Shown one piece after another: positions 30,458 to 40,594 of a stretch of DNA of 64,000 bases; position 1 is the first letter of the stretch; every line of letters starts with the position of its first letter. The notes under the pieces were generated by a model that searched no databases, was not told where the DNA came from, and saw nothing but the letters and a program-made list of their open reading frames with translations. A program made the position numbers and the translations under genes. This DNA is from Loktanella sp. (GTDB taxonomy: Bacteria; Pseudomonadota; Alphaproteobacteria; Rhodobacterales; Rhodobacteraceae), in assembly GCA_024686085.1 (NCBI GenBank), contig JAIBDT010000004.1, positions 2,213-66,212 on the forward strand, written 5' to 3'.

Positions 30458-31357
30458 ATGACGACCACATCGTCCCAGACCAGTCGTGCGGCCTTGCTGA
30501 TCTTGATCGGCATGGCGACGCTGGGGTTCAGCGATAACTTGGTGCGATTTGTTACGACCGACAGCTCGCTTTGGCAGTTCCATTTGATCCGCAGTAGTTT
30601 GGTGCTGAGCGCACTTTGCTTGGCTGCGTGGTTCGGGGCGGGCGCGATCTGGCCGCGCAGGCCGATCAATGTGCTGGGCCGTAGCATATTTCAAGCAGGC
30701 GCTTTGCTGATCTACTTTGGGTGTATTGCGATTATGCCAATCGGGGTCGTTGTCGCAGGCCTGTTTACTGCCCCGCTGTTTGTGCTGATTATCGGAGTGG
30801 TTTTCCAAAGTAAGCGTGTTGGTTTGATCCGCGTGGCAGCCGTCGCGGTTGGATTCATCGGCGCGGTGCTGGTGATTGATCCAGACCCCGAGGCGTTAGA
30901 CCTGATCTCGTTCCTGCCTGTTTTTGCGGGGCTGCTTTATGCCATTGGTGCAATTGCGACGCGGGCGTGGTGTGAGGGTGAAGAGACGCTGACGTTGACG
31001 TTTTGGTTTTTTGCCTTGCTGTTGGTATTCGGCGTCATCGGTGTGTTGGTTTTGCCGACTGACGGGGTTGCGGGTTCGGCTGGATTTCCTTTGCGCGGTT
31101 GGATGCCTGTTACGGGCGCGATGCTGGGCTGGTATGCCGCGCTTGCCATTGGCGCATTGATTGGCATCGCAAGCATTTTTCGCGCCTACCAGATCGGTGA
31201 GGCCGGCACGGTCGCGATTTTTGAATACACGCTGTTGGTTTTTGCCAGCTTCTGGGCGTGGGTGCTTTGGGGCGAGGGGGTGCCTGTGCAGGGGTTGATC
31301 GGCATGGCGCTGATTGCCGCGGCAGGCGCGGTGATCGCTTTGCGGGACGACGCATGA
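30458..31357 (+). CDS. DMT/EamA family transporter
   Basis: 10 TM segments in two EamA repeats. Confidence 0.88.
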   Translation: MTTTSSQTSRAALLILIGMATLGFSDNLVRFVTTDSSLWQFHLIRSSLVLSALCLAAWFGAGAIWPRRPINVLGRSIFQAGALLIYFGCIAIMPIGVVVAGLFTAPLFVLIIGVVFQSKRVGLIRVAAVAVGFIGAVLVIDPDPEALDLISFLPVFAGLLYAIGAIATRAWCEGEETLTLTFWFFALLLVFGVIGVLVLPTDGVAGSAGFPLRGWMPVTGAMLGWYAALAIGALIGIASIFRAYQIGEAGTVAIFEYTLLVFASFWAWVLWGEGVPVQGLIGMALIAAAGAVIALRDDA

Positions 31358-31980
31358 TCATTTCGCCGGGCCGTGGCTATATCTTTGTGCATATCCCCAA
31401 AACTGGCGGCACAGCACTTGCGACTGCCTTGGAAGCCCGTGCCATGCGTGACGACATTCTGATTGGTGACACGCCGAAAGCAAAGCGTCGCAAGTCACGG
31501 CTGAAAGACTTGCCCGCGCGGGGCCGCATTTGGAAGCATAGCACGATTGCCGACATGGCGGGCGTGGTTGATCCTGCGGGGATGTTTGTCTTTACCTTGG
31601 TGCGCAACCCGTGGGACCGGATGGTCAGCTATTATACGTTGCTGCAAAGCCAGTCCTTTGACCATCCTGCGGTTAAGCTCGCCAAGGCGCAGGATTTTAG
31701 CGGGTTTATTAATGATCCGCATACGCAGATTTCGGTGCAGCGCGCCCCTTATGCCAGCTACGTCACGCCTGACGCCCATTTCTTTCGGCTCGAGCATTTG
31801 GAGGAGGATCTTGCGCCGCTTTGGAAACACTTAGGCTTTCAGCTAGGTATTCCGATGATCAACCAATCGGCGCGCCCGCGTGACTGGCGACCGTTTTATT
31901 CTAGTGTCGATGCGGAGTTGATCGCAAAAATCTGCGCCCAAGATATCAGCCGCTCGGGGTATCAGTTCGATCCGTCCTGA
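31354..31980 (+). CDS. sulfotransferase family 2 protein
   Basis: 5'-PSB FVHIPKTGGT and 3'-PB RNPWDRMVS. Confidence 0.85.
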   Translation: MIISPGRGYIFVHIPKTGGTALATALEARAMRDDILIGDTPKAKRRKSRLKDLPARGRIWKHSTIADMAGVVDPAGMFVFTLVRNPWDRMVSYYTLLQSQSFDHPAVKLAKAQDFSGFINDPHTQISVQRAPYASYVTPDAHFFRLEHLEEDLAPLWKHLGFQLGIPMINQSARPRDWRPFYSSVDAELIAKICAQDISRSGYQFDPS

Positions 31981-32039
31981 CTTTTTTGGTCTTAACTGCC
32001 TCCGCTGGAAGCTGCAGCGTGTCCGCGACAGCACCGCAT

Positions 32040-32071
32040 AAAAAAGGGCGCAAGCTTTGTAGCCTGCGCCC
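32040..32071 (-). terminator. rho-independent terminator of the beta-oxidation operon
   Basis: A6 tract followed by GGGCGCA...TGCGCCC hairpin. Confidence 0.75.
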
Positions 32072-32094
32072 GATACTCGTTACTGATCAATTAG

Positions 32095-34290
32095 TTAGGC
32101 TGCTTCTTGGGATTGTCCAAAGCGGCCATAGAACGACTGTCCTTTGTCACCCATTTCACGCAGTAGCGCAGGGGTGGTAAAGCGTGCGCCAAGCATCTCG
32201 GTCAGCTCGTCGCAACGTTCTGCCGCGTAGGGTGTGCCAATGATGTCAAGCCAGCTGAACGGGCCACCAGACCAAGGTGCAAAGCCCCATCCAAGGATCG
32301 CACCTACGTCGCCTTCGCGGATGTCTTCAAGCACGCCTTCTTCCAATGCGCGCACGGCCTCAAGAACTTGCGAGAACATCAGGCGATGCTGGACCAAGAT
32401 CAGATCGGGCTGGTCGTCGGCCACGGGATAGCGGGCGGACAGCCCGTCCCAAAGGCCCTGACGCTTGCCTTTCTCGTCGTAGTCGTAAAAGCCTGCTTTG
32501 CTCTTGCGGCCAAGGCGGCCCTCATCGGCCATCCAGAAGATCAGTTCGTCTGCACTGTCATCATAGGCGTCGCCCATGGCGATTTTGGTGGCTTTCGCGA
32601 TTTTAACGCCCAGATTAATGGATGTCTCGTCGGTCAGTTGCAGCGGGCCAAGGGGCATGCCGAGCAGTTTGGCTGCGTTTTCGATCAGCGCAGGTGCGAC
32701 ACCTTCTTGCAACATTCGCACGCCTTCGTTCACGTAGGGCAGGATGCAGCGGTTGGCGTAGAAGAACCGCTCGTCGTTCACAACGATCGGTGTCTTTTTG
32801 ATCTGACGCACAAAGTCGAGCGCCTTAGCCACGGCGACGTCGCCTGTCTGTTTTCCTTTGATGATTTCTACCAAAAGCATTTTGTCGACGGGGCTAAAGA
32901 AATGGATGCCGATGAATTTCTCGGCGTCCATCGCAGCCTTAGCCAGTTCGGTGATCGGCAGGGTGGATGTGTTGGTGGCAAAGACGCAATCGGGGCCTGT
33001 AACGGCTTGCACCTTGGCGGTGACGTCGGCCTTAACGCCCACGTCTTCGAACACGGCCTCGACGATCAGGTCGCAGTCCTTGAGCGCGTTGTAATCAGTT
33101 GTGGCGTTGATTAGCCCAAGCACGGCGTCTTTCTTTTCAGCGGTCGCTTTTTTGCGCGCGATGCCTTTGTCCATGTAGTCAGCGGTGTAGGACTTGCCCT
33201 TGTCAGCCGCCTCTTGCTTGGCGTCGATCAGCACGACCTTGATGCCCGCCAAAGCCGACACGAGCGCGATGCCTGCGCCCATCATGCCTGCGCCGATGAT
33301 GCCCACTTGGGACACTTTCTGGTCGGCAACAGCGGGACGGTTTGCTCCTTTTTCAAGCGCTTCTTTGTTGATGAACAGCGACCGGATCATGGCCTCGGAG
33401 GATGGGTTGAGCAGCACATGCGTGAACCAGCGCGCCTCGATTTTGATGGCGGTGTCGAAGGGCACCATCGCACCTTCGTAGACGGCTGATAGCAATGCCT
33501 TGGCTGCGGGGAAGGCCCCTTGGGTCTTGCCGTTGACCATCGCGGAGGCACCAACAAAGGTCATGAAACCTGCGGGGTGGTAGGGCGTGCCGCCGGGCAT
33601 TTTATAGCCTTTTTCGTCCCAAGGCTTAACGATTTTTGGTGAAGATAGCACCCATGCCTTGGCGGCAGAGAGAAGCTCGTCTGCGGGCACGACTTCGTCG
33701 ATCAACCCTGCTTGCAGTGCTTTCTTCGGATCGGAGAGTTTGCCTTCCAGCAAGAAGGGGGATGCGGCCATTGCGCCCATTTTGCGCACAAGGCGCGTGG
33801 TTCCGCCCATGCCGGGGAAGATGCCGACCATGATTTCTGGAAGACCGATTTTGGCTTTCGGATTGTCGGCTACAAAGATGCGGTGGCAGGACAGGGGGAT
33901 CTCGAAACCGATGCCAAGGCCGGTGCCCTGCATGGCGCAAGCGATTGGTTTGCCGCCTTTGTTAGTCTTTGGCTCCATGCCTGCGCGTTCGATTTTTCGC
34001 AGGATCGCGTGGGACGCCATCAGGCCGTCCATCAGGCCGCGTGCAGGATCGTCGCCAGCGCTTTGCTTCATTTTCGCTATGATGTTCAGGTCCATGCCGC
34101 CCGCGAATGTCCCCTCTTTACCGGAGGTGATAATCACGCCTTTGATCGCATCGTCTGCCAAGGCCTGATCAATCAACGCATCGAGGTCGGCAAACCCTTG
34201 TTGGTTCATCACGTTCATGGATTTGCCAACAGTGTCCCACGTGATCGTGGCGACACCGTCTGCGTCTGTTTTCATTGTGAAGTCGGTCAT
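32095..34290 (-). CDS. fatty-acid oxidation complex alpha subunit (enoyl-CoA hydratase/3-hydroxyacyl-CoA dehydrogenase, FadB/FadJ type)
   Basis: Crotonase GLPE motif, GIIGAGMMG, EAVFED, TNTSTL, HFFSPV. Confidence 0.95.
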   Translation of the reverse strand: MTDFTMKTDADGVATITWDTVGKSMNVMNQQGFADLDALIDQALADDAIKGVIITSGKEGTFAGGMDLNIIAKMKQSAGDDPARGLMDGLMASHAILRKIERAGMEPKTNKGGKPIACAMQGTGLGIGFEIPLSCHRIFVADNPKAKIGLPEIMVGIFPGMGGTTRLVRKMGAMAASPFLLEGKLSDPKKALQAGLIDEVVPADELLSAAKAWVLSSPKIVKPWDEKGYKMPGGTPYHPAGFMTFVGASAMVNGKTQGAFPAAKALLSAVYEGAMVPFDTAIKIEARWFTHVLLNPSSEAMIRSLFINKEALEKGANRPAVADQKVSQVGIIGAGMMGAGIALVSALAGIKVVLIDAKQEAADKGKSYTADYMDKGIARKKATAEKKDAVLGLINATTDYNALKDCDLIVEAVFEDVGVKADVTAKVQAVTGPDCVFATNTSTLPITELAKAAMDAEKFIGIHFFSPVDKMLLVEIIKGKQTGDVAVAKALDFVRQIKKTPIVVNDERFFYANRCILPYVNEGVRMLQEGVAPALIENAAKLLGMPLGPLQLTDETSINLGVKIAKATKIAMGDAYDDSADELIFWMADEGRLGRKSKAGFYDYDEKGKRQGLWDGLSARYPVADDQPDLILVQHRLMFSQVLEAVRALEEGVLEDIREGDVGAILGWGFAPWSGGPFSWLDIIGTPYAAERCDELTEMLGARFTTPALLREMGDKGQSFYGRFGQSQEAA

Positions 34291-34321
34291 AGTCATCTCC
34301 TGGATATGGGGAGCGCGGGCC

Positions 34322-34804
34322 TTAGCCTGCGTCATTCGTTGCGTTTTGCGCATTGCGCGAAAGTTTTCTAAGGGCTTTTGTCAGGCCTGCGTCGGCATCA
34401 ACGGCGTAGTCACTTTTTGAGACGCGCCAGATGCCTTCCGCGCGGATGATCACGGAAAATCCGGGGTAGGGGTCTTTGACGCGCTGGTTGCCAGACATCA
34501 AATGCGTGATGTGCATGGCTTTGACCGTGTCGGGGCCATCGAAGTCGGCTGACATGCATTTACGCACGATGTCAGTGACCCGCTTGGCCGCGAAGTAATC
34601 ACAGTTCATGTTGAACACGAGTTCGAGGTCTTCCATGGTTTCGATCACCCGCTTTTCATCAAATGTCGTCACCGTGTGAGGCAGCGAAAATGCTTTTGCG
34701 AAGAGTGCGAAATCACGGGTGTTAATCGCGACGCCAGTGCTGTCGAGCAATGCATCGCTGATGGCGACGGCGTCTGGGTTGCATAGGGTGTCTGCGCTGT
34801 TCAT
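34322..34804 (-). CDS. NTF2/SnoaL-like hypothetical protein
   Basis: 160 aa from MNSAD; pattern D...F..F.LP..V.T...W.V. Confidence 0.6.
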   Translation of the reverse strand: MNSADTLCNPDAVAISDALLDSTGVAINTRDFALFAKAFSLPHTVTTFDEKRVIETMEDLELVFNMNCDYFAAKRVTDIVRKCMSADFDGPDTVKAMHITHLMSGNQRVKDPYPGFSVIIRAEGIWRVSKSDYAVDADAGLTKALRKLSRNAQNATNDAG

Positions 34805-34916
34805 GTGATTTCCAGATCTGCATTTTTTTCGGATTTCGCGCCTGAGCGGCATCGCGCGTAAAACATTGCTTTCATTCGCATGATCCCAACCGCGGCAGGG
34901 TCGCTTTGACTTTGCG

Positions 34917-35345
34917 TCATTCCAGTGATCCTTCCTTATGCGCGGTGTTTCCTGTCCATGAATCATGCCCGCGTGCATTCAAAATCGCGGTCATGCGCCA
35001 GTGTCCGTCAGTTTTCTTCATCAAGGCGGAGGACGTAAACGGTTCGGTCATCCGTTGTCCGTGGCTCAGCAGTTCGGTCCGGTAAGTTGCGATGACAGTG
35101 CCGTCTTCGCAGTTTTCGATGGACACAGGTGTCCGGAATACCAAGTCGAGTTTCATCGTACGAGACGCCAGAATGTAGAGATCAAATTCAGCCTTTAAGT
35201 CCTGCGTTGTATAAGAAATATGAGGGCCGGTTTTGGTCACGATCGAAAAGGGGAGTTCAACGCGGTCTGCCCAAGGACCGAAGTCCTCGGAAATAAAACA
35301 GTCCGAAATATCTTTCAGAAATGCGCTGAACTCCGCCTCTGTCAT
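34917..35345 (-). CDS. NTF2/SnoaL-like hypothetical protein
   Basis: 142 aa; DFGPWADRVELPFSIVT...GHWRMTA. Confidence 0.7.
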   Translation of the reverse strand: MTEAEFSAFLKDISDCFISEDFGPWADRVELPFSIVTKTGPHISYTTQDLKAEFDLYILASRTMKLDLVFRTPVSIENCEDGTVIATYRTELLSHGQRMTEPFTSSALMKKTDGHWRMTAILNARGHDSWTGNTAHKEGSLE

Positions 35346-36556
35346 TAGACGCGCTCAATGATCGTCGCTGCACCCATACCTGACGCGATGCAGAGTGTTG
35401 CAAGGCCTGTGCCTTTGCCTGTGCGTTCCAGCTCATCCAACAGCGTACCAATGATGATCGCGCCAGTGGCGCCCAACGGGTGACCCATTGCGATTGAGCC
35501 GCCGTTCACGTTCACACGGTCGGCGTCCACGTTGAAGGCTTGCATGAACCGCAAAACCACGGATGCGAAGGCCTCGTTGACCTCAAAAAGATCAATGTCG
35601 GAAATCGACATGCCGCTATCGCGCAGGATTTTCTCGGTCACGGGCACCGGCCCGGTCAGCATGATTGTTGGATCTGTGCCGATTTTGGCGGTCGCACGGA
35701 TGACCGCGCGTGGTTTCAGGCCCATCGCCTCGCCCCATTCTTTGGACCCGATCAAGACCCCAGCCGCGCCGTCCACGATCCCAGAGGAATTCCCTGCGTG
35801 GTGGATGTGGTTGATTTTCTCAAGGTGCGGGTACTTCATCAGCGCGATTTTATCAAAGCCCGGCATCTGCTCGCCCATCATCTGGAACGCAGGGTTGAGC
35901 GCGCCAAGTGATTGCATGTCCGTTTGCGGGCGCATGTATTCGTCGCGGTCTAGAATGGTCAGTCCGTTGATGTCTTTCACAGGCACGATGGAGGTCGCAA
36001 AGCGGTTGTCGGCCCAAGCAGCTGCCGCGCGCTTTTGGCTTTCGACCGCCAATTTGTCGGCGTCGTCACGGCTAAATCCGTATTCGGTCGCAATGATGTC
36101 CGCAGAGATGCCTTGTGGCACAAAATAGGTGTCCATCGCGATGGAGGGATCAACTGCAATGGCTGCCCCGTCAGAGCCCATTGGCACGCGGCCCATCATC
36201 TCGACGCCGCCCGCGATATAAGCGCCGCCAGCCCCGCCGCGCACTTGGTTTGCGGCCAAGTTCACAGCTTCCATGCCAGAGGCGCAGAAGCGATTGATCG
36301 CGAGACCGGGAATGGATTGATCAAGGTTGGACGCTAGCACAGCCGTGCGCGCAAGGCACCCACCCTGCTCTCCTACTTGGGTCACGTTGCCCCAGATCAC
36401 GTCTTCGACCGCGTGGCCTTCGAGGTTGTTGCGGCTCTTAAGATCGTTCAACACACCCGCGGACAGGCGCGCAGAAGTCACCTCGTGCAGGCTACCGTCC
36501 GGGCGGCCTTTGCCGCGCGGGGTGCGGATCGCATCAAAAATATAAGCTTCGGTCAT
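35345..36556 (-). CDS. acetyl-CoA C-acyltransferase (thiolase)
   Basis: INRFCASG, NEAFA, GHPLGATG, LCIASG. Confidence 0.96.
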   Translation of the reverse strand: MTEAYIFDAIRTPRGKGRPDGSLHEVTSARLSAGVLNDLKSRNNLEGHAVEDVIWGNVTQVGEQGGCLARTAVLASNLDQSIPGLAINRFCASGMEAVNLAANQVRGGAGGAYIAGGVEMMGRVPMGSDGAAIAVDPSIAMDTYFVPQGISADIIATEYGFSRDDADKLAVESQKRAAAAWADNRFATSIVPVKDINGLTILDRDEYMRPQTDMQSLGALNPAFQMMGEQMPGFDKIALMKYPHLEKINHIHHAGNSSGIVDGAAGVLIGSKEWGEAMGLKPRAVIRATAKIGTDPTIMLTGPVPVTEKILRDSGMSISDIDLFEVNEAFASVVLRFMQAFNVDADRVNVNGGSIAMGHPLGATGAIIIGTLLDELERTGKGTGLATLCIASGMGAATIIERV

Positions 36557-36568
36557 TCGGTATCTCCT

Positions 36569-37204
36569 TTAGGCGCGATCGGCGGGTGAGCCGGGCATCA
36601 AATCATAGGGGTGCTTCCAACCGGGGGTGGCAGCGATTGCGTCCAGCCAGCGGTCGATATGAGGGTAATCGGCACGATCAAATGTGAACGGCTCGGGGTA
36701 ATACAGGTAGCCCGCGCACGCGATGTCCGCGATGGTCAACTCGTCACCTGTCAAGAACGGGGTCTCGGCCAATTGCGCCTCGATCGTTTTGAAAGCGGCA
36801 GCCAGTCGCATGGACAGAAAGCCGATCACATCGGCGTTGCGCTTGGCTTCGGGTAGGAAGTTCATCTGGAACCGCAACATGCCTGCAATGCCAGAGACTT
36901 TGTGATTGTCAAAGAACATCCAGCGCAGGACTTCGCGACGTTCTGCGGCTGACTTGCCGCCCAGCTTGCCAGATTTGGAACTGATGTAGTCTTGGATCAC
37001 ACCTGACTGTGTGAGGATCAGATCACCATCTTCAAACACAGGCACTTCGCCCATCACGTTCAGGGCGCGGAATTCGGGGGTGCGAGTCGCGCCATTGAAA
37101 AAATCAACATAGACAGGCGTCCAGTCCTGATCGGCGAGGGTCAGTGTCAGGGCCACCTTATAAGCGTTTCCACTTTCGCCAAAGCAATGCAGCTTCATAG
37201 TCAT
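36569..37204 (-). CDS. glutathione S-transferase
   Basis: SGNAYKV, NVMGEVP, TQSGVI, TIADIA. Confidence 0.92.
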   Translation of the reverse strand: MTMKLHCFGESGNAYKVALTLTLADQDWTPVYVDFFNGATRTPEFRALNVMGEVPVFEDGDLILTQSGVIQDYISSKSGKLGGKSAAERREVLRWMFFDNHKVSGIAGMLRFQMNFLPEAKRNADVIGFLSMRLAAAFKTIEAQLAETPFLTGDELTIADIACAGYLYYPEPFTFDRADYPHIDRWLDAIAATPGWKHPYDLMPGSPADRA

Positions 37205-37452
37205 GTCGGACATCCTCCCAGATGGTGCACCGTTTTGTTGGCGCCGGTTTTGAGTATTTGAACAAAGCAAGCCTAAGCGCCGCCATGTTAACCTTTACTT
37301 AATCACGATGCGTGAAACTTTTAGGGCGGGACAGGCCAGAAGGCCTGTGATCCCACAAAGCGAGGCACTGATATTCAGTCCGACCCTTTTTAGACGCTGG
37401 GGAAGGGGGAATGTCAGGGCTTTGCGCTCGCTTTATCCTAAATACACATTTG

Positions 37453-37665
37453 TCACCGCTTGCGGGCCTCCAGTTCGTTTTGAAACATCCGTAGACGTTG
37501 GCCAAAGGTGTCTTCATTGATCACCGAGTTAAAATTCTCGAACAAAAATGACAAAGCTTCTCCGTCTTCCAAATTGTTGTCTGCGGCAAAGCGCTTGAGC
37601 CTACGGTAGCCGTCCTCCGTCATTGCAACGGGAAAACGGCGGGTTAGTCTCAGGCGCTTTGGCAT
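37453..37665 (-). CDS. small hypothetical protein (ribbon-helix-helix-like N-terminus)
   Basis: 70 aa, RFPVAMTEDGYRRLKRFA. Confidence 0.65.
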   Translation of the reverse strand: MPKRLRLTRRFPVAMTEDGYRRLKRFAADNNLEDGEALSFLFENFNSVINEDTFGQRLRMFQNELEARKR

Positions 37666-37710
37666 TTCTGGTCCAGTCTTTCGTAGGATGGGGTTTGCCC
37701 CATCATGGGC

Positions 37711-39489
37711 TTAGAACTGGTCAGCGTCGAGGGCCATCACCGTATCAGCGCCAGTATTGATCCGCGCCAAATGCATGGCAGTCGCGGGCAATTGACGGGC
37801 CATGTAGTAGCGGCCTGTGGCGATTTTGGTTTCGTAGAACGCCTTATCCGACGCGCCTGCGTCCAGTGCTTTCATCGCGGCCTTGCCCATACGCGCCCAC
37901 ATCAGCCCTAGGCAAACGTGCCCCATCATGTGCATGAAGTCGTATGACCCTGACAGCGCATTGTTGGGGTTCTTCATGCCGTTTTGCATGAAGTACATGC
38001 CTGCCGCTTGTAGGTCCTTGGAGGCTGCTTTGAGCGGCTCTAGGAAGTCAGCTTTCAGCGCTTCATTGCCGTCGTTTTCTTTGATGAATGTCTTGATCAT
38101 CTCAAAGAACGCCATCACGTGCTTGCCACCGTCTTGCGCCAGCTTACGGCCCACGAGGTCAAGCGCTTGCACGCCGTTGGCACCCTCATAGATCATCGCA
38201 ATACGGGCATCGCGGGCAAATTGGGACATGCCCCATTCTTCGATATAGCCATGCCCGCCATAAACCTGCTGGGCTGCTACTGCGTATTCAAAACCTTTGT
38301 CGGTCAGGAACCCTTTGATCACGGGCGTCATCAGCGACACAAGGCCGTCTGCTTCCGCGTCGCCGTTCTTGTGGGACCGGTCAATCAGGTTTGCACCCCA
38401 CATTGTGAAGGCTCGCGCGCCCTCCACAAAGGACTTTTGGTCCATCAGGATGCGGCGAATATCCGGGTGCACGATCAGCGGATCGGCTGGGCCATCGGGA
38501 TTTTCGGCACCCGTAACAGCGCGGCCCTGAAGGCGGTCGTTGGCATAAAAAACAGCGTTTTGATACGCCGCTTCGGCCTGTGCGTAGCCCTGAAGTCCAA
38601 CACCCAAGCGGGCCTCGTTCATCATGACGAACATGGCGCGCATGCCTTTGTGTTCTTCGCCCAATAGCACGCCTTCGGCCTCGTCGTAGTTCATCACGCA
38701 AGTAGAATTGCCGTGAATGCCCATTTTCTCTTCGATCTTGCCGACGGACACGCCGTTGCGGTCGCCCAAAGAGCCGTCTTCGTTGATCTTGATCTTGGGG
38801 ACGATGAACAAGGACACGCCTTTGATGCCGTCAGGCCCACCCGGGATTTTCGCAAGTACGAGGTGGATGATGTTGTCGGCCATGTCGTGGTCGCCCGCCG
38901 AGATGAAAATCTTTTGGCCGGAAATCTTGTAGGTACCGTCGCCGTTTGGCACGGCTTTGGTGCGCATCAGGCCAAGGTCGGTCCCGCAGTGCGGTTCGGT
39001 CAGGTTCATCGTCCCTGTCCATTCGCATGTAACCATCTTCGGCAGATACTTTTGCTTTTGCTCGTCGGACCCGTGCACGTGGATCGCAGAGTATGCCCCG
39101 TGGGTCAGGCCTTGATACATGTTGAATGCCATGTTCGCGGACACGGATGGTTCGAGCGCTGCCATGCTCATGATGTAAGGCAGGCCCTGGCCGCCGTAGT
39201 CGGGGTCGCAATCCATGGCCGTCCAGCCGCCTTCGCGGACCTGATCAAAGGCTGCCTTGAACCCTGTTGGTGTACGCACAACGCCGTTTTCCAGAACGCA
39301 GCCTTCAGTGTCGCCGACTTGGTTTAATGGTGCCAGAACATCAGAGGCGATCTTGCCCGCCTCTTCGATGACCGCACTGGTAAAGTCACGGTCCAGATCT
39401 TCGTAACCGGCGATGTCCTGTTCGGACACCTTCAGGAGGTCGTGAAGGACGAATTGGATGTCTTTGGCGGGGGCGTTGTAGATCGGCAT
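37711..39489 (-). CDS. acyl-CoA dehydrogenase with C-terminal extension
   Basis: [52 protein letters not shown]. Confidence 0.96.
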   Translation of the reverse strand: MPIYNAPAKDIQFVLHDLLKVSEQDIAGYEDLDRDFTSAVIEEAGKIASDVLAPLNQVGDTEGCVLENGVVRTPTGFKAAFDQVREGGWTAMDCDPDYGGQGLPYIMSMAALEPSVSANMAFNMYQGLTHGAYSAIHVHGSDEQKQKYLPKMVTCEWTGTMNLTEPHCGTDLGLMRTKAVPNGDGTYKISGQKIFISAGDHDMADNIIHLVLAKIPGGPDGIKGVSLFIVPKIKINEDGSLGDRNGVSVGKIEEKMGIHGNSTCVMNYDEAEGVLLGEEHKGMRAMFVMMNEARLGVGLQGYAQAEAAYQNAVFYANDRLQGRAVTGAENPDGPADPLIVHPDIRRILMDQKSFVEGARAFTMWGANLIDRSHKNGDAEADGLVSLMTPVIKGFLTDKGFEYAVAAQQVYGGHGYIEEWGMSQFARDARIAMIYEGANGVQALDLVGRKLAQDGGKHVMAFFEMIKTFIKENDGNEALKADFLEPLKAASKDLQAAGMYFMQNGMKNPNNALSGSYDFMHMMGHVCLGLMWARMGKAAMKALDAGASDKAFYETKIATGRYYMARQLPATAMHLARINTGADTVMALDADQF

Positions 39490-39532
39490 GATTTGGCACT
39501 CTCTATGGTCAAGCGTGGATTGGGCTGGCGGG

Positions 39533-39931
39533 TCAGTCCGCCGGTTTACTCTTCGCAAGGGCGCTTAGCTTTTCAGCGCCCCATTTCATCTGTGTTTTCA
39601 TTTCGCCGATCGCTTCCTCCAACTCGGCCTTTTGGGCTTCCATGTCGGCAAGGTGGCGTTCGGCCAGTTCGTAGGTCTTGGCTAGCTGTGTCGCTTGGCT
39701 GTCGTCCATGTGGTACAGGTCAAGAAGCTGGCGAATTTCCTCTAGGCTGAAGCCAAAGCGCTTACCGCGCAGGATCAGCTTAAGGCGGGCGCGGTCACGC
39801 TTGGTGAACAAGCGGCGCTGGCCATCGCGTATTGGAAACAGCAACTCCTTTGCTTCGTAAAAGCGAAGTGTGCGCGGCGTCACATCAAAAGCGGCACACA
39901 TATCGCGGATATTCATTGTGTCGTTCGTCAT
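39533..39931 (-). CDS. MerR-family regulator (LiuR-like)
   Basis: [28 protein letters not shown]. Confidence 0.92.
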   Translation of the reverse strand: MTNDTMNIRDMCAAFDVTPRTLRFYEAKELLFPIRDGQRRLFTKRDRARLKLILRGKRFGFSLEEIRQLLDLYHMDDSQATQLAKTYELAERHLADMEAQKAELEEAIGEMKTQMKWGAEKLSALAKSKPAD

Positions 39932-40001
39932 CGGTTCGTCCCATCCATGCATTGCGTCATGCAAAGCACTTGCGAGCTTAACATTAACCCTACAAGATAA
40001 A

Positions 40002-40017
40002 TTGACGTTAACGTAAA
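40002..40017. promoter_or_regulatory. LiuR-type operator
   Basis: TTGACGTTAACGTAAA near-palindrome; weaker TTGACGAAAGGTCAG at 40041. Confidence 0.7.
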
Positions 40018-40165
40018 CGAAACGTGACGTCATTTCTAAGTTGACGAAAGGTCAGTAAAGGTGACGCCCCGTAAGGCGCAACAATCGCAAAAATGCATGT
40101 TCTCAATTATGAGTTAAAACCCAAATTTTTCCCCGTAAAATAAGGGAAATGCGTCGACGTCTTGT

Positions 40166-40534
40166 CTAGCTCAGTTCGGTTTTTGTTAAATCGCGCAGTG
40201 ACCGTAGTTCGGCCAAAGTTTCTTCGAGTTGCTGCTTTTGGTCGATTAATTCGTCAATTTGTTTGTCCGCAAGCGCAACCCACTGCTTCATTTGCGCCGC
40301 GGTGCCTTCGTGTTCGTAGATCAAAAGCCATTGCCGGATGTCCTCTAGCGCGAACCCGAAACGTCTGCCGCGCAGGATCAGCGTCATCCGCGCCAGTTCC
40401 CGCGCCCCATAGAACCGCGACCGCCCCTCTTTTTCGGGCGTCAGCAGTTCGATGTATTCGTAATACCGCAGCGTGCGGGGGGTCACGTCAAATTTGGCGC
40501 ACATCTCTTTGAATGATAGGCGTGGTTCAGACAT
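40166..40534 (-). CDS. MerR-family regulator (second paralog)
   Basis: VTPRTLRYYE, LILRGRRFGFALEDI. Confidence 0.92.
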   Translation of the reverse strand: MSEPRLSFKEMCAKFDVTPRTLRYYEYIELLTPEKEGRSRFYGARELARMTLILRGRRFGFALEDIRQWLLIYEHEGTAAQMKQWVALADKQIDELIDQKQQLEETLAELRSLRDLTKTELS

Positions 40535-40594
40535 GGTTCCCTCCGTTGCATGCAACCTAGCGTGCAGTTTTGCCCAGAGCAACGCAACTTTGTG

